From NCBI GenBank assembly GCA_044356215.1, contig JBIKWQ010000033.1:1-33392 (forward strand): a stretch of DNA of 33,392 nt, in the 5' to 3' direction. Below the pieces are notes generated by a model. It worked only from the letters and a program-made list of their open reading frames with translations, had not been told where the DNA came from and did not search any database. This stretch comes from Bdellovibrionota bacterium. Lineage in GTDB: Bacteria > Bdellovibrionota_C > UBA2361 > OMII01. Below are positions 1 through 9,017 of this stretch, piece by piece (the first letter of the stretch is position 1; each line of letters starts with the position of its first letter). A program made the position numbers and the translations under genes.

Positions 1-13
1 CAAAATATTTTTT

Positions 14-99
14 ACCACAGAGGACGCAGAGGACACAGAGAAAACTCCATAATTGCCCATAAAATGGCCGTTCTCTGTGTCCTCTGCGTCCTCTGTGGT
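14..99. repeat. REP/MITE-like palindromic repeat, copy 1 (perfect 29-bp inverted repeat, 28-nt loop)
   Basis: ACCACAGAGGACGCAGAGGACACAGAGAA (14-42) is the exact reverse complement of 71-99. The arms have an internal 9-nt (A/G)CAGAGGAC periodicity. It lies just 3' of the coupling-protein gene and could also terminate its transcript. Confidence 0.9.
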
Positions 100-133
100 G
101 ATAAAGAACTGCAACGCAATACCGGCGAAATAG

Positions 134-2242
134 TTACTTTCGAATCTTAAAAGGCCCAGTTTTCGGCGGCTGAGCCCCCTGCCTCCGCCGCTTTTCACGC
201 TCCGCTGGCGATAAAGGCTTCGCAACCGTTGTAACAGCGCCTCTTGAGCGACTAAGGGCTTCATCGGTTTTAATCTTAAATGAAGCTGCGGCGCCCTCTC
301 TCTGCTCCCGCTTGTCGGTTTGCCCGACCGTCGACCCTTTCGGCCTTAGCCCTCGATCCTTGGTATCCCCGGCTCCTAAATCACTCTTGGGTTTAGGCGC
401 AAACCGCTCAGATGTTTCGCCTTCCTCACGAGCTAGAACACGCTCATCAACCCAATCTGCCAAACCGATCTCATCAACCTCAAAACGCTCAGGGGTGACT
501 AAAAACTCACGTCCCTCCCATTTTTCAGGGAGCTCCGCGTTGAACCAAAATGATCGGCCCTTCACAATCTTTCCATTCCCGAGATCGAACCACGCCAGCC
601 CTTTTTCCGCCGACATCTCATGCTTGAGCTCCTCGGCACTGACCAGATCTTTCTCGGCTTCAGAAAAGCTTACACTTTGCGATTCGCTTCCTGTTCTGCG
701 AGCGCTGATATCAAAAGCGCCTTTCATCGCTGAACTGCTTACTCCTGTTACAACCCCTGTACCTACCGACTTCTTTGTTGACGTTATCTTACCAAACCAT
801 TCAGTCATGTCCGCCGCGGTGCGGTTATCCCCTATCCGCATCATTACCTTTAGATTGACGTTCGCCATTACCCGCTCGTAAAACGATTCGCTTAGCCCCA
901 TCGCGGCATCTGTTAATCCACCGGTTGATTGAGCGCCAAATAGAAGAGCGAACCTTCCCCTGCGAGCGAGCTCAAATAAGTTGGCCCATGTAGGACCGAA
1001 TGTGGACGAACCTTCGTCGATGATAACTAGATGTGGGTCCTCTAAATTATGAATCCTGGAAGAAGTAATCTCTCCGATAGATACCTCTAAATCCTCGCGG
1101 AAGACCTTCACCATTCGCGCCGCGCTTTCAGCTTCCTCGAGTCTAGGCAACATGAAATAGATGATCTTTCCCCTCAGTATGGCGTCTGTGAGAACGAGAT
1201 CGGTATATTTAGAGCAGAAAACTTCACCAGCGGAGCTCCCGGCGATAGCATGAAGCTCAGAGGCGATGCCGCGCAGATTCTCGGTTATTCGCGCTGAATC
1301 AAGATTCCCTTTTGGGTTTCGGTAGCTCGACGCTAAGTGCCCAAGCTCCACAAGCGCCTGACGCGCACCTATTTTGTGAAGCATATTTCGGAGCTGCGGA
1401 TAAGCGATCTGAAAAGCGGATAGAGCGACCGCGATATCACGAATCGACCAGGACAGACCGAAGCTCTCCATCGCGCGCACCATGCGATAAATAGAGTCCG
1501 CGGCTAATCGATCATAGTGTTTAGTGGAACTCTGATCTGATGTTGGTGGCAGTCCGGCTCGAAGCACCTTACGCGCCTTCACATCGGCTCTCTGATTGGT
1601 CATGACAAAATTATATGAGTGAACTGGATCGAAAGGATCGATAACCACCAGGTCCTCGATGCGACCTGTAATTAAAGCCATCATGATAATGTGCGCTAAC
1701 GTCGCTGAATCGCGTTTGGCGTCGATAAAAGTGCAGCCACTAGCTCGGCCACGCGCCATCTGCTGAAAGATGAGTGACTCCAACCAGAGAGTCTTGCCTA
1801 CTCCAGTTTTAGCGAAGACAGCTCCATGCGTGCAGATTTCATCGTCTGATACCCATAAAGGATCGCCTGAGTCGAGTTCAAAGCCGACTAAATACCGATC
1901 TAGCATCTTTTTGTCTTTGGTCCGACATTCCTCGATTGCTTTGCTGAAGCAACCGCGATCAGGGGGCATACCCAGAACCGGTCTACCACCACGGGCTAGA
2001 GACTCCTTTTGTCGCTCATTCTCTAAGCCCATTCTTTTCCCTAGACTAAATCCACCCATGCCGAGCGCATAAGCAGGAATAATCCCAAGTCCCCACATCA
2101 AAAACGGATCAAGCCCGGCGCCAAACGGAGAAGCGGCCGCTCCTATAGCGCCAAGGGAAGCCAATCCGCCAGTAAATAAGGCGCGCTTGAGCTCTTGTTC
2201 GCTCCGGTTCCTATAGTTTCCCTGTTTATAGTCGCGCGCCAT
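134..2242 (-). CDS. Type IV coupling protein (VirD4/TraD family, DotL/TrbC-like)
   Basis: Two N-terminal hydrophobic segments, Walker A (THGAVFAKTGVGKT), FIDAKRD, GRIEDLVVID, Walker B (LVIIDEG) and ARRGRFALLFGAQS, then a charged disordered C-tail. GGAG precedes the ATG. Confidence 0.88.
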   Translation of the reverse strand: MARDYKQGNYRNRSEQELKRALFTGGLASLGAIGAAASPFGAGLDPFLMWGLGIIPAYALGMGGFSLGKRMGLENERQKESLARGGRPVLGMPPDRGCFSKAIEECRTKDKKMLDRYLVGFELDSGDPLWVSDDEICTHGAVFAKTGVGKTLWLESLIFQQMARGRASGCTFIDAKRDSATLAHIIMMALITGRIEDLVVIDPFDPVHSYNFVMTNQRADVKARKVLRAGLPPTSDQSSTKHYDRLAADSIYRMVRAMESFGLSWSIRDIAVALSAFQIAYPQLRNMLHKIGARQALVELGHLASSYRNPKGNLDSARITENLRGIASELHAIAGSSAGEVFCSKYTDLVLTDAILRGKIIYFMLPRLEEAESAARMVKVFREDLEVSIGEITSSRIHNLEDPHLVIIDEGSSTFGPTWANLFELARRGRFALLFGAQSTGGLTDAAMGLSESFYERVMANVNLKVMMRIGDNRTAADMTEWFGKITSTKKSVGTGVVTGVSSSAMKGAFDISARRTGSESQSVSFSEAEKDLVSAEELKHEMSAEKGLAWFDLGNGKIVKGRSFWFNAELPEKWEGREFLVTPERFEVDEIGLADWVDERVLAREEGETSERFAPKPKSDLGAGDTKDRGLRPKGSTVGQTDKREQREGAAASFKIKTDEALSRSRGAVTTVAKPLSPAEREKRRRQGAQPPKTGPFKIRK

Positions 2243-2290
2243 GCTTACTCCAATGAAGCCCCAAAAGACTTCAACTTTAAACTGATCGGG

Positions 2291-4336
2291 CTATTCAAAC
2301 CCTTCTACTGTCTCTTTTATTGTCGTTACATCCTCTATCCCTCGCAACAGCTTCTGATAGTCGTTTTGAGTCTCCGCTATGGTAACTCGATCAAATGTCT
2401 TGTAACGGGTCTGCCAGTTAGCCCCCCAGACCTCGCGCATCTTCCCGCCACGGAACGCCATCATTCCAGGGAGCCCCAAGAGCCCTAAATCATTGGCGCC
2501 AGCTAGCGGAGCTTTGCTCCCGAAAACCGCGAACATGGTGTGAGTATCAGGAACGGTGTAGTCACCCACCCTACTCGCCAGCCAGCCGAAACTCGATAAT
2601 GCGTAACGCAGTACGACCCAATCTCGTAGCTCATCGCTCTTTAATCCGTGAAGTATGCTCAAATTTTCTATCTCTTGATCAGAGGGTGGATCCGCAATCC
2701 GTTCGAATGCGAGGAGTGTCTCAATAGCAGAATCATCATCACCTCTGATTGTTGCAGAGATCTCCCTCTTTTGGGCGTTGCTTACCCTCTTGAGTAATCC
2801 ACGGAGCTTTACAACGACCGAGTCATCAACCAGGTTTCGCCACTCGCGAGCCACTAACCCCACTGGAAGAAAAAGGAGATCCCCTCTCCCAGCTAACCCG
2901 TTGCGCTTAAAGTTATCGGCCATTGAGCCGGTCGGATTAAAAAATTCGGCCTGCCATAGCAGGGAGAGCTCGCGAATTAACCCAAAAAGCTCTACCTCAG
3001 CGGCTATATCATGAAGATTGTCGGGGCTAGCCATCAGTAGCTCACACCACTGTCTGAGCGCGAATTCGGTAGCGTTGAAATCTGACGGAAGTCGAATCGG
3101 CGCGAACGCGCTCTTTCGGGCGGCGTATACCAGGGCGCGTCGAATCCGAGAGCGGGCTGATGTGTCGTAGTCTGAAGCGAAGGGAATTATCGAGTGTAGT
3201 ATCGATCTCGCGCACAGATGTTGAAAATTAGATCTTCGCACCCAGCGGCCACCTTCATACGAGTGCGCCATCACCTTGCCAGCCTCTAGAGCGAGAACCA
3301 ATGTACCCAATTCGTCGTCAGAAACGTCACCGAGCGCCTGTTTGTTTTGAGGCATCAGGACAGCGCCGAGATACGACCTTAGGTTGTCACTATAACTATC
3401 CGTGTTACACTCTTGACTGTCTTGAGCTACGTCGGAAGTTTCGGGCTCAGCATCGGCCACAAGTGGCGCTCGGGTCTGTAAAGCCACCCGTAGGACCTGT
3501 GTCGCGTGGTCTAATAAACCTAAATTTTCCGCCGACTCATATTGAGCACGCGCCTCCGCGTCCACGGGTATAAAAGATGCAGTATCTCTATACCTCACCA
3601 ATATTCGTACCAAGGCCAAATTGGTCGCGTTTGTAGCTTCGAACTCGCTTAGCACACCCCACAATTCAGAATCTTTAGCCGCTGGCTCGCTGCTTAACTG
3701 GGGGCATGCTAGCCCTCTTATTAGCGCCTTTGGTGCTCCGAAACGATCAACCGAATCAAGCGCGGCGCGAGCTCCTGAGTAGAACACCCTCCCGTTCCCC
3801 ATCTGACCAAGCGAGTCGTTACCCTTATAAGGCCGAAAATAGCGCAGACCCATCAGAAACGAGACTAAGCACACTGCTACGCAAAGACGCCACCCAGCCA
3901 CGCAGAGAAAAACAACCCGAAGTGCCGCGCCGTGCAAACCAATAAAGATCCTTCCTAAGGTTGAGAGTTCATCTTCAGAGATAGCAGCCGAGTTGGAATT
4001 AAGGAGATTCTGTCCGATCATAGAGGCCACGCCATCGAATCCTGAGTACTCGAAGCTGGTACCGTGTACCTTTAGCCATTCCAGGTAGTTTTGCCACTGC
4101 AGCGTATACCTGCTGGACCACTTATGGTGAAGAGCTAAAAGATCCCGGCTGACCTGCCCCGATTGGTCGAGGTGGCCGCCGCTTAGGTTGAACAGATAAG
4201 AGACAAATAGGGCTAATACAGCTAGAGCAGCGGCTGATAACAGAGAAAACGTTATCAAAAGACCGAGGGAGCGCTTGTTTCCAGACCCGAGCTCGCCAAT
4301 CTCCGGGTCGCTCGTGGCTGCCTTAAACCAATTCAC
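2291..4336 (-). CDS. Membrane protein of unknown function (N-terminal TM segments plus large soluble domain); candidate DotM/TrbA-like coupling-protein partner
   Basis: 681-aa ORF with a GTG start and GGAG upstream. Hydrophobic helices at ~aa 24-50 and ~130-165. Co-oriented with, and ends 48 bp upstream of, the T4CP gene. Function is inferred from position only. Confidence 0.7.
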   Translation of the reverse strand: MNWFKAATSDPEIGELGSGNKRSLGLLITFSLLSAAALAVLALFVSYLFNLSGGHLDQSGQVSRDLLALHHKWSSRYTLQWQNYLEWLKVHGTSFEYSGFDGVASMIGQNLLNSNSAAISEDELSTLGRIFIGLHGAALRVVFLCVAGWRLCVAVCLVSFLMGLRYFRPYKGNDSLGQMGNGRVFYSGARAALDSVDRFGAPKALIRGLACPQLSSEPAAKDSELWGVLSEFEATNATNLALVRILVRYRDTASFIPVDAEARAQYESAENLGLLDHATQVLRVALQTRAPLVADAEPETSDVAQDSQECNTDSYSDNLRSYLGAVLMPQNKQALGDVSDDELGTLVLALEAGKVMAHSYEGGRWVRRSNFQHLCARSILHSIIPFASDYDTSARSRIRRALVYAARKSAFAPIRLPSDFNATEFALRQWCELLMASPDNLHDIAAEVELFGLIRELSLLWQAEFFNPTGSMADNFKRNGLAGRGDLLFLPVGLVAREWRNLVDDSVVVKLRGLLKRVSNAQKREISATIRGDDDSAIETLLAFERIADPPSDQEIENLSILHGLKSDELRDWVVLRYALSSFGWLASRVGDYTVPDTHTMFAVFGSKAPLAGANDLGLLGLPGMMAFRGGKMREVWGANWQTRYKTFDRVTIAETQNDYQKLLRGIEDVTTIKETVEGFE

Positions 4337-4548
4337 CTGAAGCTCCCCACCTAAAACCGATCCAGAGCGATTACCCTACGGGGCTATAACCGCAGCAACT
4401 AATTAAGTAAAGTGTGCCATAGCTGCAGCACTTTGCCCATTAGTGTCGACAAGTGAGGAGGTGCTTTAGACATGTGACTCTGCATCTAAGATTGTCTTAA
4501 GCATTCTTGGCTTTAGGGCGATACGGATTATCGGGGTGTTAAATTAAT

Positions 4549-4911
4549 ATGGGTGCTAAAATGTTTAATAAATTGACGCCGTTTCTAGCTATTCCATTGT
4601 TATTATTCAGCTTTTCGGCCTTGGCTGATGCGAATTCTAAGAATCTAGGTGGCGCGAGGCCTGAGGTTGCCGCGGAGGCCGTAGCACACTATGCCCGTTC
4701 CCGAGCGCTATTAGTCTCCGCTTTGAATGAGTTCGACAAAGGACGAAAGCTGGCCAGGCCAGATGAGCTAATAGATTCCACCAAATGGCGTAACACCTTG
4801 ATAGATCGAGCCGAGGACTTAGAGAGAGTCCTCGACCCTCAGCCTCGAGCGACCCGGGGTGGCATCAAGTTCGAGGCGGATCCTCGACTTTTACCTGAAG
4901 CGAAACGATAA
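4549..4911 (+). CDS. Small exported hypothetical protein, first gene of the T4SS operon (alternative start 4561)
   Basis: Signal peptide (MFNKLTPFLAIPLLLFSFSALA), helical mature part, 38 bp upstream of the TraL-like gene. Confidence 0.7.
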   Translation: MGAKMFNKLTPFLAIPLLLFSFSALADANSKNLGGARPEVAAEAVAHYARSRALLVSALNEFDKGRKLARPDELIDSTKWRNTLIDRAEDLERVLDPQPRATRGGIKFEADPRLLPEAKR

Positions 4912-4949
4912 GAGTAGCTGATTATAGATCGAGGCAGGTAAGGACAGAT

Positions 4950-5345
4950 ATGGACGAAGGTCACGTAATTCCAGCACTTAATGAGGATTGGTCATTCGCA
5001 GGAGCAAAGCTCATGGAATGGATGGCTGGTATTACTACGGCCTTTCTGGCCAGTACGGCGGTCGAAAAACCCGCCCACTGGATGCCGTTTCTAGTCCTAA
5101 TCATGATCGGGACTACTCTTTCACTAGCGACTCTTCGGAAGAGATTTCCGGACGAGGAACGCGGGGTGATGAATCTTTTTATGACTACGTGTGGATTCGC
5201 TCCTCCTGGCATTCCGACTCCAGCGAAGCTTCAGCCACGCTGGAGCGGTGGCAGGATTCATAACTTGAAGGATAGCTCATTGTACATGCAGCTTGAACTC
5301 GACGATGTAGTCTACATGGCTCAAGTTGAGCCGAAGAAGCGGTAG
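4950..5345 (+). CDS. traL: TraL/VirB3-like inner-membrane T4SS protein
   Basis: HVIPALNEDWSFAG start, two TM helices, then RKRFPDEERG..CGFAPPGIP, which matches the TraL layout. First in the L-E-K-B-V order. Confidence 0.65.
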   Translation: MDEGHVIPALNEDWSFAGAKLMEWMAGITTAFLASTAVEKPAHWMPFLVLIMIGTTLSLATLRKRFPDEERGVMNLFMTTCGFAPPGIPTPAKLQPRWSGGRIHNLKDSSLYMQLELDDVVYMAQVEPKKR

Positions 5346-5360
5346 GTAGGGAAAGGCGCT

Positions 5361-6077
5361 ATGAGAAAGATTAAGGTCGCTGACGCAATAAAGGAAAAGG
5401 TCGCCGATACCAACCTCGCGGTGGGGCGTGATAAGAGCGACACAATTCGCCTCTGGGAGAATTACAAGGACCAATCATTAATGTGGAGATCCCTCTCCCT
5501 GATTCAATTTCCAACCACCCTGATCGCGATAGGATTTGCTATTCTAATGTGGTCAACGCGCGAGATAACCCTAACCGTTCCATCAAAGCCGATGCCGGGC
5601 ATCTACGCCGCTCAGGATATTCCGGATAACGAGTTTGTTAACGTCGCGCTTGATTATGTCAACCTGATAGCTACCTATCAGCCAAGGACCGCTAGACGTC
5701 AGTTTGAGGCCGCATCGGCTATGTTGAAAGAGCCTCTTCTGACAAAGTTTAGAGAAGAGATGATTAACTCTGAGCTGGGGGCGATAGAGAGCTCATCCAG
5801 AACTCAGGTTTTCTTCACAGATCCCCTAAAAACATCTGTATCTAGACGTGGAAACGAGGTGACTGTTTCACTTATAGGTGAGCGGTGGAAAGTGATAGCC
5901 GGAGCTGAGCTGCCGACTGTCACGAGCCGGTTTAGGGTGACGATGACAACTATTCCGAAAAACGCGATTAATCCGTACGGTATCGTTATATCAAGCGTAA
6001 CCTTTAAGTCTAATACTAAAGGTGAGCGAATCAGTGATAATGACGCCGATGACGATTCACTAGGAGCTGAGCGATAA
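5361..6077 (+). CDS. traE: TraE/VirB8-like bitopic T4SS protein
   Basis: Single TM, then EFVNVALDYVNLIATYQP (TraE-like) and a C-terminal NAINPYGIVISSV (VirB8/NTF2-like NPxG motif). Confidence 0.75.
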   Translation: MRKIKVADAIKEKVADTNLAVGRDKSDTIRLWENYKDQSLMWRSLSLIQFPTTLIAIGFAILMWSTREITLTVPSKPMPGIYAAQDIPDNEFVNVALDYVNLIATYQPRTARRQFEAASAMLKEPLLTKFREEMINSELGAIESSSRTQVFFTDPLKTSVSRRGNEVTVSLIGERWKVIAGAELPTVTSRFRVTMTTIPKNAINPYGIVISSVTFKSNTKGERISDNDADDDSLGAER

Positions 6078-6883
6078 TGAGAGCCAACATGAAGAAATCA
6101 TTTCTTGTTTTGTCTTTGGCTGTAATGGCCATTAACCTATCGAGACCTGCCCTGTGCTTTGCGCGAGATGTTGAATACTCCAGTGGAGCCGGTGAGATAC
6201 CCGTATGGATTAACCCTGGTGAGCCGACTGAGATAATTTTTGAAGGTGGCAATATCAAGAATGGTTACAAGAATAAAACTTCGCCGATTGATATTGATCG
6301 GAGAGGTTCATCGCTGGTGCTATTTGGTAAAGAGAATATAAGCGAGAACGGAGAGGCGTTGTTGGTACGTCTTGATAACGGGACCTCCTATCCTATTCGT
6401 GTTCGCAAAGCTAACTCTGATAATCCACGCGATGCTCAGGTAGTTGTTGGCGATGGAAAGGGAGCGATGGGAGGCGAAGAGGAGGTAGCGCCGCCATTCC
6501 AAGAGAGGTCTTTCGAGTACGCCCCAGCTAGCAAGGTCTCAGGACTGATGCGTGAAATGGCTTTAGTAGCTGAATTCGGCAAGGCATCGATCCCGGGCTA
6601 TCAGGTTAGTGATAAGTTTAAAGGGCAGACTGTAGTGAGTGACGGGTCGATTATCGCTAAAATTGACCGAATATTTGTAGGACCTAACCTGTGGGGATAT
6701 GTTCTTGACGCGTCTAATCTCCTAGATCAGTCACAGAAGATTAATCCGGCATCGTTTAGGATAGACGGAACAAGAGCTGTATCGGCCTCGAACTGGGAGC
6801 TATCAGCGAGGCCAATGACCGTTGAGAATCAGATCGCTGGTCGCGAAAAGGCCAAGGTCTACATCGTAACAAAGGCGCGCTAG
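6077..6883 (+). CDS. traK: TraK/VirB9-like outer-membrane core complex protein
   Basis: Signal peptide, N-domain GEPTEIIF, and a TraK-like C-domain (YVLDASN..INPASF..GTRAVS..AKVYIV). TAATG stop/start overlap with the upstream gene. Confidence 0.75.
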   Translation: MRANMKKSFLVLSLAVMAINLSRPALCFARDVEYSSGAGEIPVWINPGEPTEIIFEGGNIKNGYKNKTSPIDIDRRGSSLVLFGKENISENGEALLVRLDNGTSYPIRVRKANSDNPRDAQVVVGDGKGAMGGEEEVAPPFQERSFEYAPASKVSGLMREMALVAEFGKASIPGYQVSDKFKGQTVVSDGSIIAKIDRIFVGPNLWGYVLDASNLLDQSQKINPASFRIDGTRAVSASNWELSARPMTVENQIAGREKAKVYIVTKAR

Positions 6884-6891
6884 GAGATCAT

Positions 6892-8055
6892 ATGTTGCAA
6901 TTATTACGAGATTTAGCTTTAAAGCTCAGAAGCGACAGAAAGACTCAATTCATCGCTCTCTGTCTTCTAGGAGCCGCGGCGTACATGTTTGTGGCCGATG
7001 GTCCAGTTGCTCGCAGAGCTGCCAAGCCGAAACCCCAAGTTCAGGTGGGAGCTAACGATCCCAACGAGCGTTGGACTGATCTAGTGCAGCGTTTCAACGG
7101 ACAACTGACACAGTTACAGAATACAACCGGACAGCTACAGGAAGAGGTAGCTAATCAGAAAAAGGCGATGCAGGAGTACGAGGCCACGACAGCCGAGATA
7201 TTCAAAAAGATCTTGGAGAGGTTAGAGCAAGTGCAGTCGACCACAGCCGCGCAAAGTGTAACTAACATGGGACCTCAGGACCTTGGTGGAATTACCGATA
7301 CAGCGCCGGTAAGCGCTAACATGGATGAGCTTGAAAAAATTGAAGATGACCCGTCAGTCGCGGTTCAACCCCCACCTCAGCCAGCAAAGCAACGACTCGC
7401 TGCTATTATGCCGGGTGACTCGGTTAGGGTTAAACTCCTCGCTGGAGTTAACGCTCCAACAGACGGAACTCCTTACCCGGTGGTACTAAAGTTAGTCGGT
7501 GATGTCGTTGGTCCTGATGGCAACACAATTCCTCTTGGTGAAGGGCGTCTAATCGCCGCCGCGCAGGGATCGCTAACAGATTCAAGAGCACTCCTCAGAA
7601 TTACTCGCTTGAGTATCCGTATGCCAAATGGTCGCCGAAAAGAATTTCCAGTCGATGGATGGATCGTCGGTGAGGATGGTATTCGAGGTATGGAGGGTGT
7701 TCTGATTGATCCGATCGGCAAAGCGATCGTGGGAGCTGGAATGGCGGGCAGTCTCGCTGGATTAGGACAAGCCATGCGAGCGGCTAATACTAGAAATACG
7801 ATTTACGGGAACGGCACATCATTAGAGACAGTAGATCCAGGCGCGATTCCGCAGTACGCGGCTGGGTTGGGCGTCGCCGGAGCCGCCAATGAGTGGCAGC
7901 AGATTATCCGAGATCGTTTGAGGATTTTAGTTCCAGTAGTTCAAGTTTTATCCGGACGAGAGGCGACCGCTGTCTTCTCGCAATCGTTGGCCATTCCTGA
8001 TCTCTTGGATCAGGTAGACCAGGACCCTTCCGTGGTTTATACGGCGTTAGATTAG
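6892..8055 (+). CDS. traB: TraB/VirB10-like core protein
   Basis: N-terminal TM, coiled coil and Pro-rich linker, then PGDSVRVKLLAGVNAP..PYPVVL, RALLRITRLS and VDGWIVGEDGIRGMEG, typical of F-type TraB. Confidence 0.88.
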   Translation: MLQLLRDLALKLRSDRKTQFIALCLLGAAAYMFVADGPVARRAAKPKPQVQVGANDPNERWTDLVQRFNGQLTQLQNTTGQLQEEVANQKKAMQEYEATTAEIFKKILERLEQVQSTTAAQSVTNMGPQDLGGITDTAPVSANMDELEKIEDDPSVAVQPPPQPAKQRLAAIMPGDSVRVKLLAGVNAPTDGTPYPVVLKLVGDVVGPDGNTIPLGEGRLIAAAQGSLTDSRALLRITRLSIRMPNGRRKEFPVDGWIVGEDGIRGMEGVLIDPIGKAIVGAGMAGSLAGLGQAMRAANTRNTIYGNGTSLETVDPGAIPQYAAGLGVAGAANEWQQIIRDRLRILVPVVQVLSGREATAVFSQSLAIPDLLDQVDQDPSVVYTALD

Positions 8056-8074
8056 GTTTTTTGGAGGAGTAATT

Positions 8075-8521
8075 ATGAGACCCCTACTCGTTCTCTCTGT
8101 AGCATGTATGACCGCCGTCCTCAGTGGATGTAGCGCTATCGGACATGTGCTCAATCCATTCTATGAGACGCCGTCAGAGGTGGCGTACTTCGGCGAAAAA
8201 AATGACGGTGCTCTGCTTGGCGAAGGCAGCGGTGGTAAGGACGCAAGTGCTAGAGCTGCGTTACAAGCGATGGGCTCATATCAGCGCGCTCATTCCCCGC
8301 AGCCAAATAATCCAGTAATGCAGCCGGCCGTTGTAAGACTTATGTGGGTCCCTGATCATTTAAATTCACATGGTGACCTGGTCCCGGCCCACTACTATTA
8401 CCTCAAAGTTAAAAAGGAGCAGTGGGCGGTTAGCGATGCTTTTGAGCTAGAGGCGCAGCTTAACTCATCCACTGGAAATGCGTCAGCGATAGGTTTTGTA
8501 AGTCCGGAGGACATCCGCTAA
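8075..8521 (+). CDS. traV: TraV-like outer-membrane lipoprotein
   Basis: Lipobox LSGC. C-domain PAVVRLMWVPDHLNSHGDLVPAHYYYLKVKKEQW resembles the TraV C-terminus. GGAGG RBS. Confidence 0.75.
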   Translation: MRPLLVLSVACMTAVLSGCSAIGHVLNPFYETPSEVAYFGEKNDGALLGEGSGGKDASARAALQAMGSYQRAHSPQPNNPVMQPAVVRLMWVPDHLNSHGDLVPAHYYYLKVKKEQWAVSDAFELEAQLNSSTGNASAIGFVSPEDIR

Positions 8522-9012
8522 TGCGCGCGATTCTTGTTATTGGATTGATCTCAGTTCTCACTGCTGGATGTTCAGGGGTAAAGGAGTATCAACCAATTCC
8601 GAAAAAAAACGGTCTCTTTATGCCTTCTGTCAGAACAGCGGCGCCAGAGCCAGTGTATTCGCGCACTCGTTGGGTGAGACCACCAGAGGTCCTTCCTCAA
8701 AGGGATCTCCCCGATGGACAGAGCTCGCAGCTAGCAGATTCCCCTAGTATTAGACCGGTGTTTCAATTAACGCTCTCCAACGCCACTCTAGAGGAAACCG
8801 CTAGAGTCCTCGCCGCCACCGCTAGATATTCGAGTTATACAGCGCCATCTATCGCAAAAGATAAGATTTCTGTAAAAAACCTTGGAACAATCGACGAGCT
8901 CGCGCGGATTATAGAGAGTAAGGCCCGTGTTCAGGTCGTTGTTGACCATCAGAACAGGGAGGTCCGTTTTCTGGCCGCTCAAGTCGAGCAGCCAAGACTT
9001 TATGACGAGTAG
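8521..9012 (+). CDS. Lipoprotein with DotD/secretin-N0-like domain
   Basis: Lipobox TAGC and Pro-rich linker, then LTLSNATLEETARVLAATARY..ISVK..TIDELARII..VQVVVDHQNREVRF, the pattern of DotD/STN-type domains. Confidence 0.6.
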   Translation: MRAILVIGLISVLTAGCSGVKEYQPIPKKNGLFMPSVRTAAPEPVYSRTRWVRPPEVLPQRDLPDGQSSQLADSPSIRPVFQLTLSNATLEETARVLAATARYSSYTAPSIAKDKISVKNLGTIDELARIIESKARVQVVVDHQNREVRFLAAQVEQPRLYDE

Positions 9013-9017
9013 GTACT

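Noticed and set aside
312..881. Antisense/shadow ORFs (e.g. 312-881, 14937-15389, 16239-16631, 23814-24173, 25334-25663, 32789-33094)
   Set aside because: They lie within well-supported genes on the opposite strand and show no motifs; the Val/Gly-rich ones simply mirror the Pro/Thr repeats.
4405..4440. Sigma54 promoter on the minus strand (TGG-N10-GC and a nearby TGGCAC)
   Set aside because: Neither site has both the TGGCAC and TTGC elements at the correct spacing.
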